Both the position numbers and the translations under genes were made by a program. The notes beneath the pieces are model-generated. The model did not search any database. It was not told the DNA's origin and worked only from the letters and a program-made list of their open reading frames with translations. A DNA stretch of 64,000 nucleotides from Squalus acanthias (taxonomy: Eukaryota). Of this stretch, positions 24,721 through 37,145 are shown one piece after another. The first letter of the stretch is position 1, and each line of letters opens with the position of its first letter. The stretch spans positions 57,104,001 through 57,168,000 of the forward strand of contig CM059432.1 of the NCBI GenBank assembly GCA_030390025.1. The letters are read 5' to 3'.

Positions 24721-25469
24721 TTCATTTTATTTCACAATTAAATGGCTTTCTGTGATGAGTTTGTTGGGGGGAGTACAGTTGCTGCCAGTCTCCAGGCTAC
24801 ACAGAGGCAAGTCTGGGTAGGGTTCCTGCTCCATATCACTGTTTGATAACCACTGCTGAAAAGTGCATGTTTGGAACAGATTGCCAAGGTTGAATAGCTT
24901 ACTCAAGCTCTTTGTATAGGCTCACACATGAAGAATATCCATTAGGCAGGGTACTGGATAACTGCTAGCATTTGTGGAATTGCACAACAGCTTGAGAAAC
25001 AACATTCAGTTGTGCTTTTCTAATGGTCAATATGTCCCTTATATTGAGAGAAATATTGCAATACTTTTTAATGAGGCCTGAAAAATCACTGCTGCAGCAT
25101 CCTTATGTCTGTGAATATGTGTGTGTAATATTGATGGATAATATTTGCAGAGATGAAATTCAACAAAAAGTTAGAGCTTCCTGAAAACTCTACAGTGTTT
25201 GTTTGGTTTTCTACCCACTATAACTTCACCACATAAAAGATTTTTGGAATTTAAATATCTCTGCAGTGTAGGTATAACTTCAGCAGATAAGACTGTATGT
25301 TCAAATAACGAAGATGCAGTCTACATGCTTAAGCTCTGCTCACAGCATGAAAAGCCAAGCAAGCACTGTAGTCCCAGTGCTATCCATCTTATAAGATCTA
25401 CTGCAATGTATTTGTGGAAAAAAATGCTGAGTTTCCATATTATGTTGCATAATGTATGTTTTTATTCTG

Positions 25470-28400
25470 TAAGTGTGTAGTACAACTAGGAACGAGATTC
25501 TGCTGAGGGAGTTTGAGGAGCTAGGATCCAAATTAAAAAGCAGAACCTCAATGGTAATAACCTCTGGATTGTTACCTGAGCCACACGCAAATTGGTATAA
25601 GGACAAACAGATTAGAGGTTTAAATGCGTGGCTCAAAGAGTGGTGTGGGAGGCAGGGGTTTCAGTTCATGGGCCACTGGCACCAGTACTGGGGAAAGAGG
25701 AAGCTGTTCCGTTGGGTCGGGCTCCACTTAAACCGGGCTGGCACCGGTGTCCTGGCGAACTGAATAACTAGGGCAGTAGACAGGGCTTTAAACTAATAAA
25801 ATGGGGGGTGGGAGGATTCAGGAAAGAGTAAAAGCAGCGAGAGAAATGTCAAGGCTCTAGAGCAGAGTAGGGTTTCGGGTAAAAATAAGCAGAGTGGGTC
25901 AGGAAGGGACAGAGAGAGTAACAAAGGTAATAAGGCATCAGTGACTAAGGTGACATCAAGGAAAAATAGAAATAAGTCAAAGCTAAAGGCACTATATCTG
26001 AATGCATGAAGCATTCGCAACAAAAGAGATGCATTAATAATGAGATAGAAATTAATAGGTTTGATCTAATAGCCATTACGGAGATGTGGTTGCAGTGTGG
26101 CCAAGGTTGGGAACTAAATATTCCAGGATACTTAACTTTTAGAAGAGATAGGCAAAATGGAAAATGAGAAGGGGTAGCCCTGATAATAAAGGATGAGATA
26201 AAGACAGTAGAGAGAAAGGATCTTAGCTCCGAAAATCAAGAAGTAGAATCAGTTTGGGTGGAGCAAAGAAACAGCAAGGGGCAGAAAACATTGGTGGGAG
26301 TTGTTTATCGGCCCCCAAACAGTAGTTATAATGTAGGGCAGAGTATAAATCAGGAAATTAGAGGCACATGTAACAAGGGTAATACAGTAATCATGGGGGG
26401 CTTTAATCTACATATAGACTAGGCAAACCACATTTGCAGTAATAGTGTGGAGGATGAATTCATGGAATGTATGCAAGATAGTTTTCTAGATCAGTATGTT
26501 GAGGAACCAACTAGGGGACAGGCTATTTTAGATCTAGTATTGTGCAATGAGAAAGGGTTAATTAATAACCTTGTAGTAATGGGGCCTTTAGGGAAGAGGG
26601 ACCATAATATGATAGAATTTTATATTGCGTTTGAAAGTGATTTAGTTAAATCCGAAACTAGGTCTTAAATCTAAACAAAGCAAACTACGTAGGTATGAGG
26701 GGCGAGTTGACTAAGGTAGATTGGGAAACTACATTAAAAGGTATGATGGTAGAGAAACAATGGCTAGCATTTAAAGAATTAATACATAATTTGCAACAAA
26801 TATACATTCCTTTAAGGCACAAAAACTCCACAGGAAAAGTGGTCCAATCGTGGCTAACAAGAGAAGTTAAAGATAGTATTAGATCAAAGGAAGAGGCTTA
26901 TAATGTTGCCAAAAAGAGTAGTAAGCCTGAGGATTGGGAGAATTTTAGAATTCAGCAAAGGAGGACCAAGAAATTGATAAAGAAAGGGAAAATAGAATGA
27001 GTAAACTAGTGAGAGACATAAAAACAGACTGTAAACGCTTCTATAGGTATGTAAAAAGGAGAAGATTAGTTAAAGTAAATGTGGGTCCCTTACAAGCTGA
27101 GACAGGAGAAATTATAATGGGGAATAAGGAAATGGCAGAGAAATTAAGCAAATACTTTGTGACTGTCTTCACGGAAGAAGACACAAAAACTTCCCGGAAA
27201 TAGTGGAGAACCAAGGGTCTAGCGAGAATGAGGAACTGAACTAAATTAATATTAGTAAAAAAAATAGAAATTAATGGGACTGAAAACCGATAAATCCCCT
27301 GGACCTGATGGCCTACATCCTAGGGTTTTGAAAGAGGTGGCTATAGAGATAGTGGATGCATTCGTTGTCATTTTCCAAAATTCCATAGATTCTAGAATGG
27401 TTCCCACGGATTGGAAGGTAGCAAATGTAACCCCACTATTTAAGAAAGGAGGGAGAGAGAAAACGGGAAACTACACACCAGTTAGCCTGACATCAGTAGT
27501 AGGGAAAATGCTAGAATCTATTATTAAGGACGTGGTAACAGGGCACTTAGAAAAAAATAATAGGATTGGGCAGAGTCAGCACGGATTTATGAAAGGGAAA
27601 TGGTGTTTGACAAATCTGTTGGAGTTTTTTGCGGTTGTAAGTAGCAGAATAGATAAGTAGGAACCAGTGGATGTGGTGTATTTGGATTTTCAGAAGGCAT
27701 TCGATAAGGTGCCACACAAGAGGTTATTAAACAAAATTAGGGATCATGGGATTGGGGGTAATATACTAGCATGGATTGAGGATTGGTTAACGGACAGAAA
27801 ACAGAGAGTAGGAATAAACGGGTCATTTTCAGGTTGGCAGGCTCTAACTAGTGGGGTACCGCAAGGATCAGTGCTTGGGCCTCTGCTATTCACAATCTAC
27901 ATCAATGATTTGGATGAGGGGACCAAGTTTGCTGATGATACAAAGCTGGGTGGAAATGTAAGTTGTGAGGAGGATGCAAGGAGGCCTCAAGGGGATATAG
28001 ACAAGCTAAGTGAGTGGACAAGAACATGGTAAATGGAATATAATGTGGAGAAATGGGAAGTTATCCACTTCGGTAGGAAAAATAGAAAAGCAGAGTATTT
28101 TTTAAATGGTGAGATTGGGAAATGTTGGTGTTCAGAGGGACCTGGGTGTCCTTGTACACAAATCTCTGAAAGTTAACATGCAGGTACAGCAAGCACTTAG
28201 GAACGCAAGTGGTATGTATGTTGGCCTTTATTACAAGAGGATTTGAGTATAAGAGTAAAGACGTCTTACTGCAATTATATAGGGCCCTGGTGAGACCACA
28301 CCTGGAGTATTGTGTACAGTTTTGGTCTCCTTACCTAAGGAAGGATATACTTGCCATAGAGGGAGTGCAATGAAGGTTTACCAGACTGATTCCTGGAATG

Positions 28401-28860
28401 GGGGGATTGTCCTATGAGGAGAGATTGAGTAGACTAGGCCTATATTCTCTAGAGTTTAGAAGAATGAGAGGTGATCTCATTGAAACATACAAAATTCTTA
28501 CAGGGCTTGACAGGTTGGATGTAGGAAGGATGTTTACCCTGGATGGAGAGTCTAGAACCAGGGGTCACAGTCTCAGAATAAGGGGTCAGCCATTTAGGAC
28601 TGAGATGAGGAGAAACTTCTTCACTCAGAGGCTGGTGAATCTTTGGAATTCTCTACCCCAGAGGGCTGTGGAGGCTCAGTCGTTGAGTATATTCAAGACA
28701 GAGACCGATAGATTTTTGGATATTAAGGGAATCAAGGGATATGGGGATAGTGCAGGAAAGTCGAGTTGAGGTAGAAGATCAGCCATGATCTTACTGAATA
28801 GTGGAGCAGGCTCGAAGGTCCAAATGGCCTACTCCTGCTCCTATTTTTATGTTCTTATTT
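25470..28860 (+). mobile_element. CR1 LINE from end of ORF1 through 3'UTR, multiple stops/frameshifts
   Basis: ORFs 25473-25763 (esterase C-term), 26447-28769 (EN/RT pieces) and TTTATGTTCTTAT tail. Confidence 0.95.
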
Positions 28861-29639
28861 TCTTCTAAGCAATGGCTCCTAATTGCAGTCCGAATCAGCA
28901 GTGTTAGGATGTTTCTTCAGTTGATTGATAGAGCTGCTATAGATTTAGTTTCTGTTCTTTTTTTATTCCAAGAGCAGGTCAAGCTTGACAGGTGACAGTC
29001 ATTCCTCTGAAGGAATTGTGTCAGACATGTGGCAGAGTAAATCACGAGTGCTTTCATACAAAACACCTCAATTATACTTCTGTCTCTCCATTATCCTAAT
29101 GTGTGATCTTGTTTGTTATATTTCACCTACTCATGTGAGTGTTAATGTTTTATTTACTGTGAATATATATTCCCAGAATAGTCATGATAGGGTTTTTTTG
29201 TGCATATCACAGAAACTTTTACCAGTCTGTCTCAAAATGTTCGCACATACAGTGGATTGCTTATAAAACACATCTGAATTGTGGCTGCATTTTCCAATGT
29301 AATATAATTGACAGTAATCTTTCAACAGTTTTTACATTTTTGGTGCCTGATATATTTATAAACTATTTGAGTGTGGAATTAGTCAAAAATTATTTTAGTT
29401 CCTTAGATGGTAGAACAAGTTTTGGGGAAGGGGGAAGCTGTTGAAACAGGATTAGCTTCACCTAAACCAGCAAGCAGTCTTTTCACAGTTGGGGTAAAAA
29501 GGGCAGTGGTGGAGAATTTAAATTAGTGAGGCAGAAAAAAAGGATGAAGAAAACAGACCAAAAAAGGAAGAAAATTAATGATAATAGAAAGATCAAATAT
29601 GAAAAGGAATGTTTTGAGAGGTAGAGTCAATTTTTTTTA

Positions 29640-31350
29640 GATAAATACAGGGAGCATCAGGAATAAAGTACTGGTATAGGATGCTGAGGGAAGTGAAGGA
29701 TGAAATTGCGGGGGTACTGGCCATAATCTTCCTTCGAAACGGGGGTGGTGCCAAAGGACTGGAGAATTGCAAATGTTACACCCTTGTTCAAAAAAGGGTG
29801 TAAAGATAAACCCAGCAGCTACAGGCAGTCAGTTTAACCCCGGTAGTGGGGAAGCTTTTAGAAACAATAATCAGGGACAAAATTAACAGTCACTTGGGCA
29901 AGTATGGATTAATTAAGAAAAGCCAGCACGGATTTGTTAAAAGCAAATCGTGTTTAACCATCTTGATTGAGTTTTTTGATGAGGTAACGGAGAGGGTTGA
30001 CGAGGGCAATGTGGTTGACGTAGTATACATGGATTTCCAAAAGGCGTTCAACCAAGTGCCACATAATAGGCTTGCCAGCAAAGTTGAAGCCCATGGAATA
30101 ACAGAGACAGTGGCAGCATGGATACAAAATTGGCTAAGTGACAGGAAACAGAGAGTAATGGTGAACGGTTGTTTTTCGGACTGGAGGAACATATACAGTG
30201 GTGTTCCCCAGCAGTCGGTTCTAGGACCACTGCTTTTCTTGATATATATTAATGACTTGGATGTGGGTGTACAGGGCACAATTTCAAAATTTGCCGATGA
30301 CACAAACCTTGGAAGTATAGTGAACAGTGAGGAGGATAGTGATAGACTGGTGGAATGGGTGGACACGTGGCAGATGCAATTTAACGCAGAAAAGTGCGAA
30401 GTGATACATTTTGCTAGAAAGAATGAAGAGAGGAAATATAAACTGAAGGGTACAATCCTAAAGTGGGTGCATGAACAGAGAGACCTTGGGGTATATGTGC
30501 ACAAATCATTGAAAGTGGCAGGGTTTCAACTTTGCTGGCAAGCCTATTATGTGGCACTTAGTTGAACGCCTTTTGGAAATCCATGTATACTACGTCAACC
30601 GCATTGCCCTCATCAACCCTCTCTGTTACCTCATCAAAAAATTCGATCAAGTTGGTTAAACACAATTTGCCTTTAACAAATCCGTGCTGGCTTTTCTTGA
30701 GAAAGCAATTAAAAAGGCTTACGGGATCCTGGGCTTCATGAATAGAGATATAGAGTACAAATGTGTGTAAATTATGATGAACCTGTATTATACACTGGTT
30801 CGGCCTCAACTGGAGTATTGTGTCCAATTCTGGACACCGCAGTTTAGGAAGGATGTGAAGGCCTTAGAGAGGGTGCAGAAAAGATTTACAAGAATGATTC
30901 TAGGGATGAGGAACTTCAGTTACGTGGATAGATTGGAGAAGCTGGGGTTGTTCTTTGCAGAGCAGAGAAGATTGAGAGGAGATTTGATTGAGGTGCTCAA
31001 AATCATGAGGGGTCTGGACAGAGTAGATTGAGAGAAACTGTTCCCATTGACAGAAGGGTCGAGAACCAGAGGACACAGATTTAAGGTGACTGGCAGAAGA
31101 TCCAAAGGCGACATGAGGAAAAACTTTTTTACTCAGTGAGTGGTTAGGATCTGGAATGTACTGCCTGAAAGGATGGTGGAGGCAGACTCAATCACTGCTT
31201 TCAAAAGGGAGTTGGATAAGTAACTGAAGGAAAAAAATTTGCAGGGCTACAGGGAAAAGGCGGGGGAGTGGGACTAGCTGAAGTGCTCTTGCCGTGAGCC
31301 GGCATGGGCTCGACTGGCCGAATGGCCTTCTTCCATTCTATAATTCTATG
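29640..31350 (+). mobile_element. CR1 LINE (second subfamily, ATTCTAT-type tail) with internal inverted duplication
   Basis: ORFs 29846-30565 and 30774-31031. Tail CCATTCTATAATTCTATG. Inverted segment at 30521-30698. Confidence 0.95.
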
Positions 31351-32205
31351 TGCACCAAGTGAGAATATTGATAGGAATGGCATCTCAGAAACATGTCTCA
31401 CAGCAGTGGATGGCCAAGAGCCAGACTGAGAAGGTATAAATGTTTCACGGAGATAGACCTGTAAAGAAAAATGGAGGATGTGTTTTATAGATGAGGAATG
31501 ATACAACAGTTATAGGAAGAATGGATAAGCTTGAAACAGTATGCACAGATCTAGGTAATGATAAACTTAGGAACTTATTGATTAGTAACAGCTATAGACG
31601 AACGCACAAGGCAGATGGAGAGCTGTTTGGGCAGATAAGGAGGGCTGGGGAACATTGCAGTGTACCAATCACGAAGGATTTCAATATCTCAAGAGGTAGT
31701 ATGGACAAGTCAGGTACAACCTGAAGGGAAGCATCAGAACACAGAAAAATTCACTCAGGCTGTCGGGAATTGTTCTTTTACACATGCAACCTGCAAGAAA
31801 CAGGTTGAATGAGAGAGGACAGAAGAGTTTGGAGTTCAGCCTCAGAAGGAGTGATTGTGACATATGTATTGAAATCTCACATACTTTACTGTATTTTGAG
31901 TTTCAATTTATTTTAAGTTACTTCATTTGAGTTGCTCAATACTAGAAACTGTTTCAATTTGTTTATTTGCTACCTTTGTTGTTCATGTGAGCCAGTAATG
32001 GATACATAATTGATTATAAAACATGTGTGATTAGCAGTTCTCGGATTGCTGTTTTGTCCTGTGTCTTTTTTTTTAAGAGTATAAGTTTTCTTTCTTATTA
32101 ATTTAAGTAGAGTAACGAAAGCTAAATTTCAAGCTGCAAGAAATCAGTAGTGTGAAAGGTCAGAAGAGTGTGGAGTTTTAGCCTTAGAGGGAACTCAGAC
32201 TCAAG

Positions 32206-32810
32206 GGGGGCAAAATTGGGTTGCGCTCCCTTTGGGGCGCTAACTTCACCGGGGCGCTACTTTTAGTGAGTGAATATCGCGGCGCTGCGGCACGTCACGC
32301 AAATTAATAAAGGGGAGGGGCCTAATGCAGCGCAAGCCGGGGCCCAGCTGGGCCACCAGGGATCGGAGTACGGGCAAAAGAGCCCGGCACTCAAGAGGAG
32401 TGCCGGGCTCACGGAGCGCAGCCGGCACCCCGCGGGGGGGGGGGCTTCACAGGAGGCTGGGGACAGCAACAGGAGCAGATGCTGGCAGGTGGCCAGCAAT
32501 AAAAATGGCCGCCCGGCACCTCCCCTTTAATTTGCACCGCGCCGGCCGCAGGTAAGCCCCCCCGACCCTGTCGGACATGGCGTCTGGCAGTAAGTCAAGG
32601 GGTGCTACCGAAGATCGCAACCGGGGCGCTGCGCACGGCAATGACGTCATCGCCGGACACGCAGCGCCACAGGGCGCTAATGGCTACCGCCGCCGCTAAC
32701 CTCCCGCTGAATTTCACGGAGGCGTTAGCGGCGGCGCACCTGGGCGCTAGTTGCTTTGCGCCCCATTCAGGGCGTTAACGGGAGGCGCAAATCAACCGAA
32801 TTTTTCCCCC
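32206..32810. mobile_element. Non-autonomous Harbinger derivative related to the 18625-22703 element
   Basis: Right end reverse complement GGGGGAAAAATTCGGTTGATTTGCGCCTCCCGTTAAC matches the autonomous left end GGGGGAAAAATTCGGTTGCTTAGCGCCTCCCGTTAGC. TSD AAG at 32203-05 and 32811-13. Confidence 0.9.
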
Positions 32811-32871
32811 AAGGTGCTGTTGGAGAGGATTTTTTATTCTTTTTCCTAAAGTGACACTTGTGTGAAATGAG

Positions 32872-33497
32872 TAAGGAAGAACTTGCATTTATGTAGCATC
32901 TTTCATGACCTCCAGGACGTCCCAAAGCGCTTTACAGTCAATTAAGTACTTTTGAAGTCTAGTCACTGTTGTAAGGGAGGAAATGCGGCAGCCAATTTGC
33001 ACACAGCAAACAGCAGAGTGATAATGACCAGATAATCTGTTTTTAGTGATGGTGGGTGAGGAATAAATATTGGCCAGGACACCAGGGAGAACTTCCCTGC
33101 TCCTCTTTGAAATAGTGCCGTGGGAACGTCTCGTCCGAAAGACGGCACCTCTTACTCATTTCACACATGTACTAATCTGTTCTATTTCCTGCTTTTTTCC
33201 AGTTCTGGCGAAAGGTCATCGGCCTGAAACGTTAACTCTGTTTCTCTCTTCACAGATGCTGCCTGACCTGCTGAGTATCTCCAGCATTTTCTGTTTTTAT
33301 TTCAGATTTCCAGCATCTGCAGTATTTTCTTTTTGTACTAATTTTAGTCTGAGTTCCCTCTAAAGCATAAACTCCACACTCTTCTGCTCTGGAGTGTCAG
33401 CCTATATTTTTTGTGCTCAAGTCTCTGGAGTTTGGACTTGAACCCACAACCCTCTGACTCAGAGACAAGACTGCTTCCCCTGAGCCGTGGCTGACGC
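32872..33497 (-). mobile_element. Deu-SINE (body 32872-33150, tRNA head 33363-33497) interrupted by a Penelope-like fragment
   Basis: Reverse complement of the 40280-40747 family; B-box GGTTCAAGTCC on the minus strand near 33435-33445. Confidence 0.8.
33195..33340 (+). mobile_element. Penelope-like terminal remnant with minimal hammerhead motif (33201-33237)
   Basis: AGTT-CTGGCGA-A-AGGTC-ATC-GGCCT-GAAA-CG-TT-AACT followed by CAGATGCTGCCTGACCTGCTGAG...TTTCCAGCATCTGCAG. Confidence 0.7.
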
Positions 33498-36400
33498 CTC
33501 ACTAGGAGTTTGATGCTAGTGGGAATTCAGGCTAGCAATATCTACATTTTGTAAGTTAGACCTAGAGGGAGGAAATTATTCAGGTGTTTGGTTGATATTT
33601 TAAAACATGATGTGCCTGAGGAATTAAAGATAGCACCTGTACGTACTTACAATATTCAAAAAAGGAGTACGGCATGAACCTCATAATTATAGGCCAATTA
33701 GCTTACTATTTATATTGGGGAAAAGTGTGTGAAGGCTGTCTACTGAATGATATAAATAAACATTGAAAGGGCACAGGTATTATAGGAAATGCCTGATCCG
33801 TTCAGTGATAATCTAATGGAAGGGAAAGGTAGATTTGTGATGGAGCATTCACATGATCCCTAGTTGTCTGTTTAAAAGGAATTATCAACACAAGGATGCA
33901 AAGTAACAGTTCTTGCCCATGTTTCCTATTGGAGGTGAACTTGCTTTATAGCTCTATGCCATGTTTTCACCAAAGCTAAAAAGGACAGTTAACAAGTGTC
34001 ACCATTTTGACTTGTGCACCAAAGCCTTCAAATTTCGGTTTTGACTTTGGATTCAAGTTGGAGAGAGCAACACTGGGACAATTCAAGCTGTTCAATCTTT
34101 GTGCCTTTGTAGGATAAAAATAATGTTTATATTATTGATGGAAAAAGTAATCACCGGCTCAATTTTTACTTTGCAACATGATTGTAGAAATTAAGAACTA
34201 TATGTGCATTGCACAGTGGGAGGTTATGTAGGTTTAGCTGTGTGACGGAAACTGCCAACCAGTTGACCTGCCCCTTTAATATGCAGATCATATGTGATTG
34301 ATTCATAAACATCACAGTAAAGCAGATTGCCTTGATTTATTGGGCCCTTCTGTGAGGTAGAATTAGACTATCTCATTAAGAAGTATCATGTTGATCGTAA
34401 CATTATAAATTAAACTTGTAGTATTGCATCTTTAGAACATCTATGAGAATGAAATCCTGCCTCATTATCAAGTAAAGAGTAATTCTCACCACCAGTTCTC
34501 CTGCCATGTAAAAATAAAATGGTTAAATAGTTCTAATTATCTTTAACACAAAATGTGTTCCACTTATTTCTGTTGACTTTTTGGCTGCTTTATTTAAAGG
34601 TGTTGATGATATCATCAGGAGAGTTAGCTGGGAGAGGTTACTGAGCTGCAGAATGTGCAGCAGCTAAATGAAAATAGCTAAAGCTCCTTAACTTCATGAC
34701 TCTGACAGCTGATGTTGATTTAGCTCCAGGTTCTGTACATTTTATTTCAACTTACTTCATAGTCTTTGTTGGGATTTTACAGGAAATATTTATAAAGTGG
34801 TTGGATGCACGCTCCCACCTGCAGTTTTTAATCTTGTGCGGCAACATCAGATGGAAGTGCCAAGTGGACACCAACTTACAGGAAGGGAGACAATGAAAGT
34901 CAGAGATTTTATTCAGATATTGTGGTCTCTCTCCCCAGGGAAGGGGGTGTAGCTTTTTGTAGAAAGGAATATTTTTTTAACCAAAATAACAGTTCATCTT
35001 TTGCGAACCAGAAAGGATCGCAGTACACGTAGGGTTCATATTCTCTGGACATTTTTAGCAAGAAAGCTGACTTGCAGGTGCAGCTGTTCTGAGTTAGTAG
35101 CTGACTGTGTGCCAAATAAGGACACCAAATGAGTGTCTTGTTTACTCAAAGCAGGTGTCTCCTTGATCAGAGTATTACGAATCAAAACTAAAGATTGGCA
35201 CAGATGATGAATATTCAAAATCTCTTCTCTATATCTGCTTGTTCCACTTGATTGTGTCAGTTAATTTCAAATACAGTTTTCAGACTCTTCCTTTCTAATT
35301 ACTAAAAGGACAAGGCAACAAGGAAAACTATATTTTGGACAATTGCAAACATATTCATTGACATTCTGCTTGGAATATACCTCTCATCTTTTTCTAAATT
35401 GCTGCGATGTAATGTTCTGACTTGAACTCAAGTCATTAATGCCTTTTATTAATTCTAGTTCATTGAATTTCGATCCTGAACAGGTGAAACTAAGCCCTTA
35501 GTGTGTCTTTGGTTCTGGTACTGTTTACACAAGCAGTACACTGCAGCACAGTAACACATTTGTTTAATAATTAGTTATATAAAAAATCAAAGCTGACCAC
35601 AGGAAAGGGTGACTTTAGTTCAGTGGCGATTGAAGTGTAATCATAAGCTTCACGGATCAATATGATTAACATATAGATTCGGTCACCTTTTAACTTATTT
35701 TGAATTTCAGATTTTTTAAACACTAGAATTTACTATCATGTGACTCATCTTTATTTCTGTAGAAATGTACATAGATTTAGTTTCTTTACAACATATAAGC
35801 ACCTTGTGATACTATGCTGGGATATCCTTGCAAGTCGTCACTCCGTGCAGAAAGTGCATTTTATTTGGTTTGAAATAATACATGAAAATATTTTAATTAG
35901 AATGTTTTTACATCTACAGATAAAGGCATTAACACAGCATATGTTTTATTTTTTTTAAATTGTTGCGACACCAAGGCCACAGCCTACAGTGTAGAATGCC
36001 ACCAAAGCAGAGAAGAGAAGGCAAGTGGAATCATGGAGTAGTGATTAGATGATGGCAAGCTTTGACTGCCCTGAAATTTGATCTGGAATCTATTTGAATT
36101 ATACATTTTCCAAGATGATGAACCTTTGCAATGCTTTGCCAGCATATTCAGAGTTACAATGAAACCTTTTCATACAATCTGTTTAGCTCTCTTTTTTATG
36201 ACATACTTTTCAAAGCTTCTGTAAAAGCAGTGATTGAACTCGAGCTAGAGTATTTGTAACTGAGAACACTTCGCTGGAAACCTCTTTGGCTGAAAATGGT
36301 TATTAGTTTTCACCTGATATAAACGATTTGAGATTTAATTCTGTTAGTACACTCAGATGTCTGTCAATTTTGAGTTTCATTTTGAGTTACATGGCAGTGA

Positions 36401-36989
36401 AATGTTGGAAGAACTCTCAAGTCTTAATGTCCTGAGTGATGATGTCTCAGCATCTCCTGTTGTATGAATGGAAAGTCCACTTTCATTCAGCTGCTGATAG
36501 TGAGTATTCCCACTTAAAGAGAACAGGGCAGTATCCAGCTCAACATTACAGATATGAGACTAATGCCCACCTCCCAGTGTAACAGTGTTTGTGGGCTGGG
36601 GAAGGATCTGCTTTACTGGAGACTGCTGGTGGCTGAGTAAAACCTATCTGCTGTGGAGGGTTATTGCTAAATTATGATTTTTAGGGCATACATTTGGCAC
36701 TGTACAAATAAAATCAGGTTTCTGCAGTGTGACTCACAAGCAGTTTTCAATATATTTTCCTAATCTTTAAAATAAAATTATTTAAATGAACAAATTCTGC
36801 AACACAACTGTTCTTAAGGAGAATACACCACGCAAAGTCTCAATAGGGTTAATTTTGAATTTTCAGCGCCCAACTACCAAAGAGGCGGCTGTGATTTTGA
36901 GGCCCCGTCCTTATTTGCATTGAAGCGGCAAGCTCCGCAGCGACAATTGGGAGTCTCGATACAGCTTGCCAGAGTAATGCTGGGCACTA

Positions 36990-37105
36990 TCATCTTTAAA
37001 AAGCCCTACAACCCTCAGAGAACTCTGCATTTCTCCAATTCTGGCCTCTTGTGCACCTTCGATTTCTTTCACCCCTCCATTGGCGGCCATGCCTTCAGCT
37101 GTCTT
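36990..37105 (+). mobile_element. L2 fragment
   Basis: CCCTACAACCCTCAGAGAACTCTGC...CCATTGGCGGCCATGCCTTCAGCTG, the reverse complement of the L2 at 290-388. Confidence 0.65.
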
Positions 37106-37145
37106 TTTTATTTGTTCACAGCATGTGGGCATCGCTGGCATCTTT

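Larger units (their letters stand above)
29440..33950 (+). mobile_element. Ancient CR1 broken into pieces (29440-29640, 31350-31870, ~33600-33950) by younger insertions
   Basis: Colinear degenerate ORF1 end (..LHLN...VVENLN*), EN region (ISET..), and RT start (FKKG...NYRPISL). Confidence 0.5.
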
